From the NCBI GenBank assembly GCA_041619375.1, contig JBFKEA010000002.1, positions 1,689 to 65,688 on the forward strand: a stretch of 64,000 nucleotides of DNA, given 5' to 3'. The notes under the pieces were generated by a model. The model ran no database searches. It was not told the origin of the DNA and saw only the letters and a program-made list of their open reading frames with translations. A program made the translations under genes and the position numbers. This document shows, in pieces, positions 28,875-38,508 of this stretch (its first letter is position 1; each line of letters begins with the position of its first letter). This stretch comes from Spongiibacter sp. (GTDB taxonomy: Bacteria > Pseudomonadota > Gammaproteobacteria > Pseudomonadales > Spongiibacteraceae).

Positions 28875-30104
28875 TTACGATGAAGGCGCTTTGTCCAAAT
28901 CAAAAGCGGTATGTAGGGCTCTCACCGCCAGCTCCAAATATTTCTCATCAACCACTACCGAAATTTTAATTTCAGAGGTAGTTATCAGCTGAATATTAAT
29001 TGACTCTTCTGCGAGAGTTTTAAACATTTTGCTAGCGATACCCGCGTGTGAGCGCATCCCCACACCCACCAGCGATACCTTGGCAATTTTGTCGTCCGTT
29101 TTGAGCTCACGCGCACCGGTCTGCTGAACCAGTTTGCGCACCAAGGCCTCGGCCTTTGCCAAGTCATTGCGGCTCACGGTAAAAGTCAGGTCGGTGGTGT
29201 TATCTTCAGCGACATTCTGCACAATCACATCGACTTCGATGTTTGCCTCGCTAACCGGCCCAAGGATCTGGTAGGCCAAACCCGGGGTGTCTGGCACGCC
29301 AAGCACAGTGATTTTTGCCTCATCGCGGGTGAAGGCGATACCCGAGATTGCCGGGTTTTCCATATCTGACTCTTCCTCAAGACTGATCAGCGTCCCTGGG
29401 CCTTCTTCGAAAGCATGCAGTACACGCAGTGGTACATTGTACTTACCCGCAAATTCGACAGCGCGAATCTGCAGAACTTTTGAACCGAGGCTGGCCATTT
29501 CCAGCATCTCTTCAAAGGTGATACGCTCCAAACGGCGCGCCCGACTCTCTACCCGAGGGTCGGTGGTATAGACGCCATCCACATCGGTATAAATCTGGCA
29601 TTCATCTGCCTTCAGAGCCGCAGCCAACGCTACACCGGTGGTATCCGAGCCCCCGCGCCCCAAAGTAGTGATATTGCCATTCTCATCAACGCCCTGAAAG
29701 CCAGCTACCACCACGACATTGCCGTCGGCGAGGTCACTGCGAATTTTTTGGTCGTCAATCTCCCGGATACGTGCCTTGGTGTGCGCCTCATCCGTCAATA
29801 TACGTACCTGCGAACCGGTATAGGACTTCGCCCCAATACCGCGTTCATGCAGTGCCATACACAGAAGAGAAATAGTGACTTGCTCGCCGGTCGAGACGAG
29901 GACATCCAATTCCCTTGGGGTAGGCTGCTCCTGCATGGCTTTCGCCATTTCTATTAGGCGGTTGGTCTCACCACTCATGGCCGACACCACCACCACCACA
30001 TCGTCGCCGCGCTGCCTAAAACCAGCAACTTTCTCAGCGACGGCCTTTATGCGGTCAACAGTGCCCACTGAAGTACCGCCAAATTTCTGTACGATCAGAC
30101 TCAT
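28875..30104 (-). CDS. lysC: Aspartate kinase
   Basis: VQKFGGTSV, LGRGGSDTT, TDVDGVYTTDPR and two ACT domains. Start placed at MSLIVQ. Confidence 0.96.
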   Translation of the reverse strand: MSLIVQKFGGTSVGTVDRIKAVAEKVAGFRQRGDDVVVVVSAMSGETNRLIEMAKAMQEQPTPRELDVLVSTGEQVTISLLCMALHERGIGAKSYTGSQVRILTDEAHTKARIREIDDQKIRSDLADGNVVVVAGFQGVDENGNITTLGRGGSDTTGVALAAALKADECQIYTDVDGVYTTDPRVESRARRLERITFEEMLEMASLGSKVLQIRAVEFAGKYNVPLRVLHAFEEGPGTLISLEEESDMENPAISGIAFTRDEAKITVLGVPDTPGLAYQILGPVSEANIEVDVIVQNVAEDNTTDLTFTVSRNDLAKAEALVRKLVQQTGARELKTDDKIAKVSLVGVGMRSHAGIASKMFKTLAEESINIQLITTSEIKISVVVDEKYLELAVRALHTAFDLDKAPSS

Positions 30105-30188
30105 GTTTTCGATCTGCAAATGAGCGCCCTGCGCGAAGGGCGCTCATTAAACAACAACTCCAGATTAAAGGAAACGGCTACTAAGACT

Positions 30189-32810
30189 CTATAAGTGTTT
30201 CACGTAATCTTTTGCCGCCTGTAAGGCCGCCGGAATCGCCGCCGCGTCCGTACCCCCACCCTGCGCCATATCGGGGCGACCGCCCCCCTTGCCGCCCACT
30301 GCCGCTGCGGCCAACTTCATAATATCACCCGCTTTGCACTGGCCAGTAAGGTCTTTGCTCACCCCAGCGACCAGCGACACCTTGCCGCCCTCGGCACTGG
30401 CCAGCAGCAGCACGCCTGAACCGAGCTTATTCTTCAGCTGATCCATGCTGTCGCGCAGTGCCTTGGCATCGACGCCATCGATTTTCACCGCCAGCACCTT
30501 GATCCCGTTAATCTCTTCAACTTCCGACATCAGGTCGCGGCTGCCGGCGGTAGCCAACTTGGCTTTCAAGCGCTCCAGCTCTTTTTGCTGTTCGCGACTT
30601 GTCGCCAGCAATTGAGCCAACTTAGTATCAAAGTTTTCCGGGGTACTTTTCAGTGCCGCACAGGCCGCCTGCAGGCGGTTGCGGTCGGCATTGGCCTCGC
30701 GCAGTGCGCCCTCTCCGGTCACCGCCTCGATGCGGCGCACGCCGGCCGCAATCCCCGACTCGGCGACAATGCGCATCACGCCAATGTCACCGGTGCGCGA
30801 CACATGGGTGCCACCGCAAAGCTCCACCGAAAAATCACCGCCCATGCTTAACACGCGCACGGTATCGCCGTATTTTTCACCAAACAACATCATCGCGCCG
30901 CGCTCGCGGGCACTGTCGATATCGGTTTCCAAGGTCTCTACCACCGTGTTGCGGCGGATCTCGGCATTGACCAGCGCCTCGATCTCCGCCAGCTGCTCGG
31001 CTTTGACCGCCTCACCGTGGGCAAAGTCAAAACGCAGGCGCTCAGCGGTGACCAGCGAGCCCTTCTGCGCGACATGCTCGCCCAGCACCTGACGCAGCAC
31101 GGCGTGCAGCAAATGGGTCGCGGAGTGGTTGAGCGCGGTCGCCTGGCGAATATTTGCATCAACTTCCGCCGTCACGGCTGCGCCCAGTGCCACACTGCCC
31201 TCGGCCACGATGCCCATATGCACGAAATGGTCGCCAGCCTTCTGCGTATCCCTGACCTCAATGCGCAGGCCATCGGCGCAAATCAGCCCACAGTCACCGG
31301 CCTGACCACCGGACTCGGCATAGAAGGGGCTGCGATCGAGCACCAACAGCAGTTCATCGCCCTGTTCAGCGCGCTCGCAGGGCTGGCCGTCTTTCAGCAT
31401 GGCCACGATCGTCGCCGAGTCCTGCAGGTTCTGGTAGCCGGTAAATTCAGTGGCTCCCTCCAGCTCGATGCGCAGGTCGGCATCCATTTTAAAGTTCGAC
31501 GCAGAGCGCGCGCGCTGGCGTTGCGCGGTCATCGCCGCCTCAAACCCGTCCATATCCAGGCTCAGGTTTTGTTCGCGGGCAATATCGGCGGTCAAATCCA
31601 CCGGAAAGCCATAGGTATCGTAGAGCCGGAACACGGTCTCACCGGGAATCTGGCTGCCCTGCAGATCTTTGAGATCGGCTTCGAGTATGCGCATGCCCTG
31701 ATCCAGGGTTTTGGCAAACTGCTCCTCTTCCTGCAGTAGCGCCTTTTCAATTTGGCCCTGCAAGCTCAGCAGCTCGGGATAGGCCTCGCCCATCTCTGCC
31801 GCCAGCGCGGCGACCAGCTTGTGGAAGAAAGCTTCACTGGCACCCAGCTTATTACCGTGACGCACCGCCCGGCGAATAATGCGGCGCAGCACATAGCCGC
31901 GCCCCTCGTTGGAGGGCAGCACGCCATCGGCAATCAAAAAAGCACAGGAGCGAATATGGTCAGCGATGACCCGCAGCGAGGTGTGGCTGCGGTCTTCAAC
32001 CTGCAGCACCTGGGCCGTAGCGGCAATCAGATTATCAAACAGGTCGATTTCGTAGTTGCTGTGCACCCCCTGCATCACTGCAGAAATACGCTCCAAGCCC
32101 ATGCCGGTGTCCACCGACGGCGCCGGCAATTCCGTCATGCTGCCGTCGGCGTCGCGATTGAACTGCATGAAGACATTATTCCAGATCTCAATGTAGCGAT
32201 CGCCGTCCTCATCCGGGCTGCCAGGCGGACCACCCGCGACCTCTTCGCCGTGGTCGTAAAAAATTTCCGTGCAGGGGCCACAGGGGCCGGTGTCGCCCAT
32301 CGACCAGAAGTTATCAGACGCGTACTTAGCCCCTTTGTTATCGCCGATACGCACCATCCGCTCGGCGGGCACACCCACCTCTTCATTCCAGATCTTGTAG
32401 GCTTCATCGTCGTCGGCATACACCGTTACCCAAAGGCGCTCGCTGTCTATCGCCAGCCACTCTTTGGAGGTGAGGAATTCCCAGGCGAACAATATGGCGT
32501 CGCGCTTGAAGTAGTCGCCAAAACTAAAATTGCCCAGCATCTCGAAGAAGGTGTGGTGGCGGGCGGTATAGCCGACATTTTCCAGGTCATTGTGTTTGCC
32601 GCCGGCGCGCACACAGCGCTGGCTGCTTACCGCGCGACTGTAATTGCGCTTGTCGCGCCCCAGGAACACGTCTTTAAATTGCACCATACCCGCATTGGTG
32701 AACAGCAGGGTCGGATCATTGCCCGGCACCAGCGAGCTGCTGGCAACCGGGGTGTGGCCCTTGCTTTCAAAATAGCGAATAAAGGCATCGCGAATAGCAG
32801 CGCTTTTCAT
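30189..32810 (-). CDS. alaS: Alanine--tRNA ligase
   Basis: [30 protein letters not shown], editing NHSATH and ELCGGTH, C-terminal [11 protein letters not shown]. Confidence 0.98.
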   Translation of the reverse strand: MKSAAIRDAFIRYFESKGHTPVASSSLVPGNDPTLLFTNAGMVQFKDVFLGRDKRNYSRAVSSQRCVRAGGKHNDLENVGYTARHHTFFEMLGNFSFGDYFKRDAILFAWEFLTSKEWLAIDSERLWVTVYADDDEAYKIWNEEVGVPAERMVRIGDNKGAKYASDNFWSMGDTGPCGPCTEIFYDHGEEVAGGPPGSPDEDGDRYIEIWNNVFMQFNRDADGSMTELPAPSVDTGMGLERISAVMQGVHSNYEIDLFDNLIAATAQVLQVEDRSHTSLRVIADHIRSCAFLIADGVLPSNEGRGYVLRRIIRRAVRHGNKLGASEAFFHKLVAALAAEMGEAYPELLSLQGQIEKALLQEEEQFAKTLDQGMRILEADLKDLQGSQIPGETVFRLYDTYGFPVDLTADIAREQNLSLDMDGFEAAMTAQRQRARSASNFKMDADLRIELEGATEFTGYQNLQDSATIVAMLKDGQPCERAEQGDELLLVLDRSPFYAESGGQAGDCGLICADGLRIEVRDTQKAGDHFVHMGIVAEGSVALGAAVTAEVDANIRQATALNHSATHLLHAVLRQVLGEHVAQKGSLVTAERLRFDFAHGEAVKAEQLAEIEALVNAEIRRNTVVETLETDIDSARERGAMMLFGEKYGDTVRVLSMGGDFSVELCGGTHVSRTGDIGVMRIVAESGIAAGVRRIEAVTGEGALREANADRNRLQAACAALKSTPENFDTKLAQLLATSREQQKELERLKAKLATAGSRDLMSEVEEINGIKVLAVKIDGVDAKALRDSMDQLKNKLGSGVLLLASAEGGKVSLVAGVSKDLTGQCKAGDIMKLAAAAVGGKGGGRPDMAQGGGTDAAAIPAALQAAKDYVKHL

Positions 32811-32934
32811 GAAAACGGTCTCACTCCGGGGTCTACACAACGACAAACGCCGGAAAATGGCTTCCGGCGAAAAGAAAAAAGTATAGCGAAATCAATCGGC
32901 TTTGTATGCGTTGGCACCGCCACCGAACGGTAAA

Positions 32935-33120
32935 TTAGTCGAGTTTTTCGTCGGCGGTCAGCGGCCGCGCCTCAGATTCCAGCATCACCGGAATCCCGTC
33001 GCGCACCGGGTAGGCCAAGCCACTGGCACGGCAGATCAGCTCATTGCGGCTCGCGTCGTACTCGACCGGTGCCTTGCTGACCGGACATACCAGAATTTCT
33101 AACAACTTCTTATCAATCAT
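32935..33120 (-). CDS. Trm112/YcaR family protein
   Basis: [16 protein letters not shown]...[13 protein letters not shown]. Confidence 0.9.
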   Translation of the reverse strand: MIDKKLLEILVCPVSKAPVEYDASRNELICRASGLAYPVRDGIPVMLESEARPLTADEKLD

Positions 33121-33169
33121 TTTCCACACTCTACAAACCATAAACTGCAGCGCAAGCGCCGCACGTATT

Positions 33170-33976
33170 TCAGGGCAGTTCGGGCATAGGCCCTACCAAC
33201 AGCGCCGGATCCAGGCGCTGGCCAAACCAATTCATCCGCCAGTCCAGATGCGGCCCGGTCGCTCGCCCCGTTGCCCCTACCTCGGCAATGGGCTGCCCCT
33301 GCTGTATTTCCTGCCCCTCTGCCACCAGTATCTTACTCAGATGAATAAAGGTGGAAGAAATGCCCTGACCGTGATCGACTATCAAGGTGCCGCCGGAGTA
33401 AAACATATCCTCATGGACCAGGCTGACCACCCCGCTATTGGGCGCGACCACCGTGGCGCCGGTCGGCCTGGCAACATCCACACCGTAGTGCGGCCGACCG
33501 GGCGTGCCATTATAGACACGCTGACTACCGAAAACACCTGTTACCGGCCCCAATAGCGGCCATTGAAAGCCCTGCAAAAAATCCTGTCGCGCCAGTACAC
33601 GCTTGCGCGCCTTGCCAACCAAGGCCGCCTCGCGACGAATTCTCGCCAACACCTCCGGTGGCGGCGTCACCGTTTTCTGCGGCACACCATCCACCCGCTG
33701 AATGGCGTAGTCGCGCTGTTTGATGCTCAGATTGCGCTGTTCACAGCGTGAACCCTGGCAGATGCTCAGCGTCACCGACGGTGGCGCGTCGCGATCAAAG
33801 CCCGCCACAAAAACGCCATTATCGGCCACTTCCACCGCGTATTCGCCCAATGCTACCCGACTATTAGGCGCCGTCTTTCCCCAAATCAGCCCGCCTTGAA
33901 TAAAGTCGCCGTGAAGCTCCACCGCGGCGGCCGGTAGCGATGCCAGACTGAGCAACAGCAGTAAAACCTTGCGCAT
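33170..33976 (-). CDS. M23 family metallopeptidase
   Basis: Signal peptide; HYGVD (HxxxD), HLS and [10 protein letters not shown] motifs. Start placed at MRKVLL. Confidence 0.9.
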   Translation of the reverse strand: MRKVLLLLLSLASLPAAAVELHGDFIQGGLIWGKTAPNSRVALGEYAVEVADNGVFVAGFDRDAPPSVTLSICQGSRCEQRNLSIKQRDYAIQRVDGVPQKTVTPPPEVLARIRREAALVGKARKRVLARQDFLQGFQWPLLGPVTGVFGSQRVYNGTPGRPHYGVDVARPTGATVVAPNSGVVSLVHEDMFYSGGTLIVDHGQGISSTFIHLSKILVAEGQEIQQGQPIAEVGATGRATGPHLDWRMNWFGQRLDPALLVGPMPELP

Positions 33977-34058
33977 ACAACCTCCACCATATTCTGATTT
34001 GCTACCATATCGCGATATCATCTCCGCTTCAGCTACACAGCCAGGATTTTTACTCAGC

Positions 34059-34565
34059 ATGAGCCGATACCGCCCGCCGCGCCCCCGCGGCTCGCGCTAT
34101 ATCACCCCACAAGGCGAGCGCGCACTGCGCGAGGAGCTGCGCCAACTGTGGAAAATCGAACGCCCCCAGGTGACCAATGCGGTTCACGAAGCGGCCAAAA
34201 ATGGCGATCGCTCGGAAAATGGCGATTATATCTACGGCAAAAAGCGCTTGCGCGAAATCGACAGCCGCGTGCGCTTCCTGACCAAGCGCCTAGATGAGGT
34301 GGCAGTGGTCGACGAGCTGCCCAGCGACCGTGAAAAAGTGTTTTTTGGCGCCTGGGTCACATTAGAAGATGAAGACGGTGAGGAGGCCCGCTACCGCATT
34401 GTCGGCCCGGACGAATTCGATTTAACTGCCGGCAAACTGTCGATGGATGCCCCCCTGGCCCGCGCCATGCTCGGCAAGCGCCTAGATGATGAAATTCTTG
34501 TCACCACACCGACCGGCGAAAAGCTCTACTATATTATTTCCATCCATTACGGCACAGCGCCCTGA
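34059..34565 (+). CDS. greB: Transcription elongation factor GreB
   Basis: YITPQG, ERPQVT and GDRSENGDYIYGKKRLREIDSRVRFL motifs. Confidence 0.95.
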   Translation: MSRYRPPRPRGSRYITPQGERALREELRQLWKIERPQVTNAVHEAAKNGDRSENGDYIYGKKRLREIDSRVRFLTKRLDEVAVVDELPSDREKVFFGAWVTLEDEDGEEARYRIVGPDEFDLTAGKLSMDAPLARAMLGKRLDDEILVTTPTGEKLYYIISIHYGTAP

Positions 34566-34607
34566 GGCGCTGCGCAACACTCACCGCAACTGCGAGGCGA
34601 CAAGTCA

Positions 34608-35891
34608 ATGCTGACACTCTCACTATTCTGGGCATGGTTTAGCTGGAATGCCCACCGCCCCTGGAAGGGCAAGCCAGAATTAATGGGTATTTTGAGCTTT
34701 ATTTTCGGCATGCTGGCGGGCGAGCTGGGGCTGCATATCATCGCCCTGAACATTCTCATCACCGCGGCAATCGTCGCCTTTGGCGAACTCAATGGCCCGG
34801 CCGACAGCCTCGGCTTACTGATTGCCCTGGGCAGCTGGCTCAGCCTCGGGCGATTTTACTTTCGCGCCAAACAGAGCGAGGCGATTATGCGCCGCGCGGT
34901 CACTGAGGCCCTGGGGCGCGACGACTACCCACAAACCCCCGACGCCCTCAGCTACACCCCCGACAGCGACCGCCTGCTCAAGCCCTTCGCCTTTCGCCAC
35001 CCCCGCGTAGAGCGCCTGCGCGACGTCCCCTATTGCGACGTCGACGGCCGTAAATTGCATGTCGATATCTACCGCCGTCGCGACTGTCCCGCCGACGCCC
35101 CGGTGTTGCTGCAAATCCACGGCGGCGCCTGGATGCAAAATCTCGGCAGCAAGGAGCAGCAGGCACTGCCGTTGATGACCCAGCTGGCAGAGAATGGCTG
35201 GGTCTGTGTGGCCGTGCAATATCGCCTGAGCCCAGCCGCGACTTTCCCCGACCACATTATCGACTGCAAGCGCGCGCTGGTCTGGGTTAAAGACAATATC
35301 GCCCAATACGGCGGCGACCCCAATTTTGTTATCGCCACCGGCGGCTCGGCCGGCGGCCACTTAAGCAGTCTGCTGGCACTCAGCGCCAACGCCCCGGAAT
35401 TTCAGCCCGGTTTCGAAGAGCGCGACACCCGCGTACAGGGCTGCATTCCGTTTTACGGCGTCTATGACTTCCTCAACAGCAAGGCCCAACGCCACAACGA
35501 GGGTTTGGAGCAGTGGTTGGCATCACGGGTGCTCAAAAAAACCCAAAGTGAGGCTCCTGAGCTATGGCGCAGCGCCTCACCGGTGTCGTGGATACATGAA
35601 GACGCCCCACCGTTTTTAATTATTCACGGCGAAGCCGACACGCTGGTGCCGGTAAAAGAGTCTCGAGAGCTGTACAGCCAGCTGAAAGCGGCATCAAAAA
35701 ACCCGGTCGCCTACGCCGAGTTGCCCGATGCCCAGCACGCCTTCGACCTGATGATTTCGCTGCGCTGCCAAATTGTGGTCAATGCCCTGTGCGATTACTG
35801 CTACAGCCTGCATCAAAGCCATATTGAGCAAAGTGAAGAAGCCCCCGTGCAACTCGTCGAGGAAGTCGGCGGCGAGCAAAGCCCCGCTTAG
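34608..35891 (+). CDS. Membrane-anchored HSL-family esterase/lipase
   Basis: N-terminal hydrophobic helices; HGGAW, GGSAGGH, HGEADTLVP and HAFD motifs. Confidence 0.88.
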   Translation: MLTLSLFWAWFSWNAHRPWKGKPELMGILSFIFGMLAGELGLHIIALNILITAAIVAFGELNGPADSLGLLIALGSWLSLGRFYFRAKQSEAIMRRAVTEALGRDDYPQTPDALSYTPDSDRLLKPFAFRHPRVERLRDVPYCDVDGRKLHVDIYRRRDCPADAPVLLQIHGGAWMQNLGSKEQQALPLMTQLAENGWVCVAVQYRLSPAATFPDHIIDCKRALVWVKDNIAQYGGDPNFVIATGGSAGGHLSSLLALSANAPEFQPGFEERDTRVQGCIPFYGVYDFLNSKAQRHNEGLEQWLASRVLKKTQSEAPELWRSASPVSWIHEDAPPFLIIHGEADTLVPVKESRELYSQLKAASKNPVAYAELPDAQHAFDLMISLRCQIVVNALCDYCYSLHQSHIEQSEEAPVQLVEEVGGEQSPA

Positions 35892-35943
35892 CCCCTCAAC
35901 ACCGCAGCGCCCCTGTACTGCCAGGAACGGGGGCGCAAACGCC

Positions 35944-36552
35944 CTACTGTGCCGCCAATGCGGCAAGTAGCGCGGCCATATCTCCTTGATTAGCCGCTAG
36001 CAGCGCATGCAATTTAAGCAGCGCGGCGACGCTCATCGCATCGGTAATCTGGCCGCTCATCGCCATCGCAATCGCCTCGGCAAGGGGTAGCCGCTTCACC
36101 AGCAACTCCTCACAGGGCTCCGGCGCGCTCTCCCCCAAGTGCAGCTCAGTGGCCAAAAACAACTCCGCCACCTCGTCGGTGCAGCTATTACTGGTATGCA
36201 ACTGCATGAATTTATAGAGCTGGGCACAGCGCAATCCGGTTTCCTCAGCGAGTTCCCGGCGGGCGGTTTCGGCCGCAGAACTGCCCTGCGGACAGCCTCC
36301 CTCGGGAATTTCCCAGCTGTAGGCCTCCAGCGGATAGCGATACTGCCCCACCAGCCAGGTGTGTCCCTCGTCGTCGATGGGCACTACGCCCACCGCAATA
36401 TTTTTAAAGCAGACCTTGCCATAGATACCTGCGGTGTTACCCGGCGTCGTGACCTCGTGGTGCTCAAGGCGCAGCCAGGGGTTTTCGTACACGGTGTCAC
36501 AGCGGTGTAGGCGCCAGGGCCCCACAGCCTTAGCGGCGGGCATTTCAGTCAT
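35944..36552 (-). CDS. NUDIX hydrolase (ADP-ribose pyrophosphatase-like)
   Basis: QYRYP and Nudix box GG....SAAETARRELAEETG. Confidence 0.9.
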   Translation of the reverse strand: MTEMPAAKAVGPWRLHRCDTVYENPWLRLEHHEVTTPGNTAGIYGKVCFKNIAVGVVPIDDEGHTWLVGQYRYPLEAYSWEIPEGGCPQGSSAAETARRELAEETGLRCAQLYKFMQLHTSNSCTDEVAELFLATELHLGESAPEPCEELLVKRLPLAEAIAMAMSGQITDAMSVAALLKLHALLAANQGDMAALLAALAAQ

Positions 36553-36558
36553 AAGTAT

Positions 36559-37137
36559 TTACTCATCTAACAGCTGGTTCAGCCGCGACTGCAGCGCGGG
36601 CAGCAACTCAAGATCAAACCAGGGATTTTGTCGAAACCAGCGGATATTGCGCGGCGACGGGTGGGGAAGGCAAAAAAACTCGCCATCTACGCGCTGACTG
36701 CGCACCCGCTCAGTCAAACTCCGGCGTTTACCCTCTAAATAATACTGTTGGGCATACTGACCAATAAGCAAGGTGAGAGCCACATTAGGCAGCTGCCTCA
36801 GCAGCCGCGCATGCCACTGCGGCGCACACTCGGGGCGCGGCGGTAAATCGCCACTACTTCCCTTACCTGGATAACAAAAGCCCATCGGCATAATCGCCAG
36901 ACGACGATCGCTGTAGAACTGCTCACGGTCCATCTGCAGCCAGCTGCGCAACCTATCGCCCGAGGCATCATTCCAGGCAATACCAGTGTCGTGCACTTTA
37001 CTGCCGGGCGCCTGACCAATAATCAGCAGGCGCGCTGCAGCATCGACACTGAGCACTGGCCTCGGCCCGCAGGGTAACGACGCATGACAAATGCGACAAC
37101 GCGCCACTTCCTGCAGTAATTGCGAAAGAGTCTCCAT
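36559..37137 (-). CDS. Uracil-DNA glycosylase-like family protein
   Basis: CRIC, IIGQAPG, GFCYPG, PPRPEC and HPSPRN motifs. Confidence 0.88.
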   Translation of the reverse strand: METLSQLLQEVARCRICHASLPCGPRPVLSVDAAARLLIIGQAPGSKVHDTGIAWNDASGDRLRSWLQMDREQFYSDRRLAIMPMGFCYPGKGSSGDLPPRPECAPQWHARLLRQLPNVALTLLIGQYAQQYYLEGKRRSLTERVRSQRVDGEFFCLPHPSPRNIRWFRQNPWFDLELLPALQSRLNQLLDE

Positions 37138-37198
37138 TGCGGCATTTTGCGGCGCCGCTGTCGCGACGGCAAGCCCTGCCGCTTGGCAAGACCCGAGC

Positions 37199-38284
37199 TT
37201 AAGGCGCCGGCAACTGCAGCGCTTGCAGCGTTTCTACAGACAGGCGCCCGGTGGCCAAGCCCTGCTGCTGCTGAAAAGCGTATACGGCGGCCTGTGTGCG
37301 CTTGCCGAGTATGCCGTCGGCGTAGCCCGGGTCAAAACCGCGGGCCTGCAGGGCTTTTTGCACCGTCTTTAGCCGCTGTTCACTGAGGTCGCGCTGACAG
37401 ACGATCTGTCGCCAAACCAGCGATTCGTCGGCCACTTTTTCGCGATAGCTGTAGCGCTCATACACCGCCGGCACCGCGATGCGCTGCACTTTCGCCGGCT
37501 CCACTACCTTCTGCACCCGCACCGTTTTATAGACCGCGGGCACATGGACCTCCACGGTGTGCTCAGGCTGATCCACCACCCGCTTGCGGGAGGTCTCATA
37601 CACCGCCGGCTCGACCACCCGGCGGTACACCGCAGGCGTTTTGACGACCTGGCGCTCAACGTCGCGGGTTTTCGCCGGCAGCTCAACGCGGTGCAAAATT
37701 TCGCCGCTATCCTCATCAATCTTCTCGATCTCGCCGCGCCCTTTTCGCCACACCGTTTCAGCCGGCGCGATCAAAATCTGCTCCGTAACCACCTCATATT
37801 CCGCCTCGGCAACCAACTCTTGTCGCTCTCGGGCAGGCAGTACTAGGGTTTTTTCCTCCAACCATTTGTAGGTCGCCGGCACCAGCTTTAGCTGCGTATG
37901 CGCCTCACTGACGACCACTTGCTCTTCTAGCCACTCCGTTTTAGCGGGTCGCATCTCCAGCTTTTCAGTGGCCTCCTTAACAACCCGGCTCGCTTCGCGC
38001 TCAATATATTGCGGCGGCTGCAACATTCGCGCATAACACGCCCCAGTTTGGGCATCGGCGGGCATCGCCGGCAGCGCGTCGCCATCGCTGCGTGCCTTCA
38101 TTTTCTCAATCTGAATCAAGGCGTCAGCCAGGGCGGTCTCCAGCGATGCTAGGCGCCCCTCATCCGCTACCGGCGTGCGCCCGCTGCCACGCGGCGGAGC
38201 CAGCGCACAGCCAGCCACCAGCAATGCCATTAACAACCACCCCGCATGTCGGCGAACCACGATAACCCTCTCCCTTTGCGCCAA
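37199..38284 (-). CDS. Lipoprotein with PAxY repeats and C-terminal peptidoglycan-binding domain
   Basis: Lipobox LVAGC; repeated (V)PAxY/T units; C-terminal VQKALQARGFDPG.ADGILGKRTQAAVYAFQ (PG_binding_1). Start uncertain. Confidence 0.82.
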   Translation of the reverse strand: MAQRERVIVVRRHAGWLLMALLVAGCALAPPRGSGRTPVADEGRLASLETALADALIQIEKMKARSDGDALPAMPADAQTGACYARMLQPPQYIEREASRVVKEATEKLEMRPAKTEWLEEQVVVSEAHTQLKLVPATYKWLEEKTLVLPARERQELVAEAEYEVVTEQILIAPAETVWRKGRGEIEKIDEDSGEILHRVELPAKTRDVERQVVKTPAVYRRVVEPAVYETSRKRVVDQPEHTVEVHVPAVYKTVRVQKVVEPAKVQRIAVPAVYERYSYREKVADESLVWRQIVCQRDLSEQRLKTVQKALQARGFDPGYADGILGKRTQAAVYAFQQQQGLATGRLSVETLQALQLPAP

Positions 38285-38508
38285 GCCAAAAACCTAACGA
38301 CACCATTATGTTTGGCGCATCTTATAACGAAACAGTTGAGCCTATCGAGTTGCGGTTTCCCCCGATAACATTCACCGACAATAAACTGCCTGAATGGGGC
38401 GATCGGCGGTGAAAATATCAGCAGGCTCGGCAATAATGCCGGCGAAATAGCCCCTTCAATATGCTTTAATATGCCCCGCATTTTTTCCAACGCAGGCGCC
38501 TCGCAACA

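Noticed and set aside
31017-32933. 240-aa and 393-aa plus-strand ORFs
   Set aside because: Antisense shadows of alaS.
35944-37137. NUDIX + UDG-like pair as an anti-phage or DNA-modification system
   Set aside because: Both look like common stand-alone housekeeping families, with no defence-associated neighbours.
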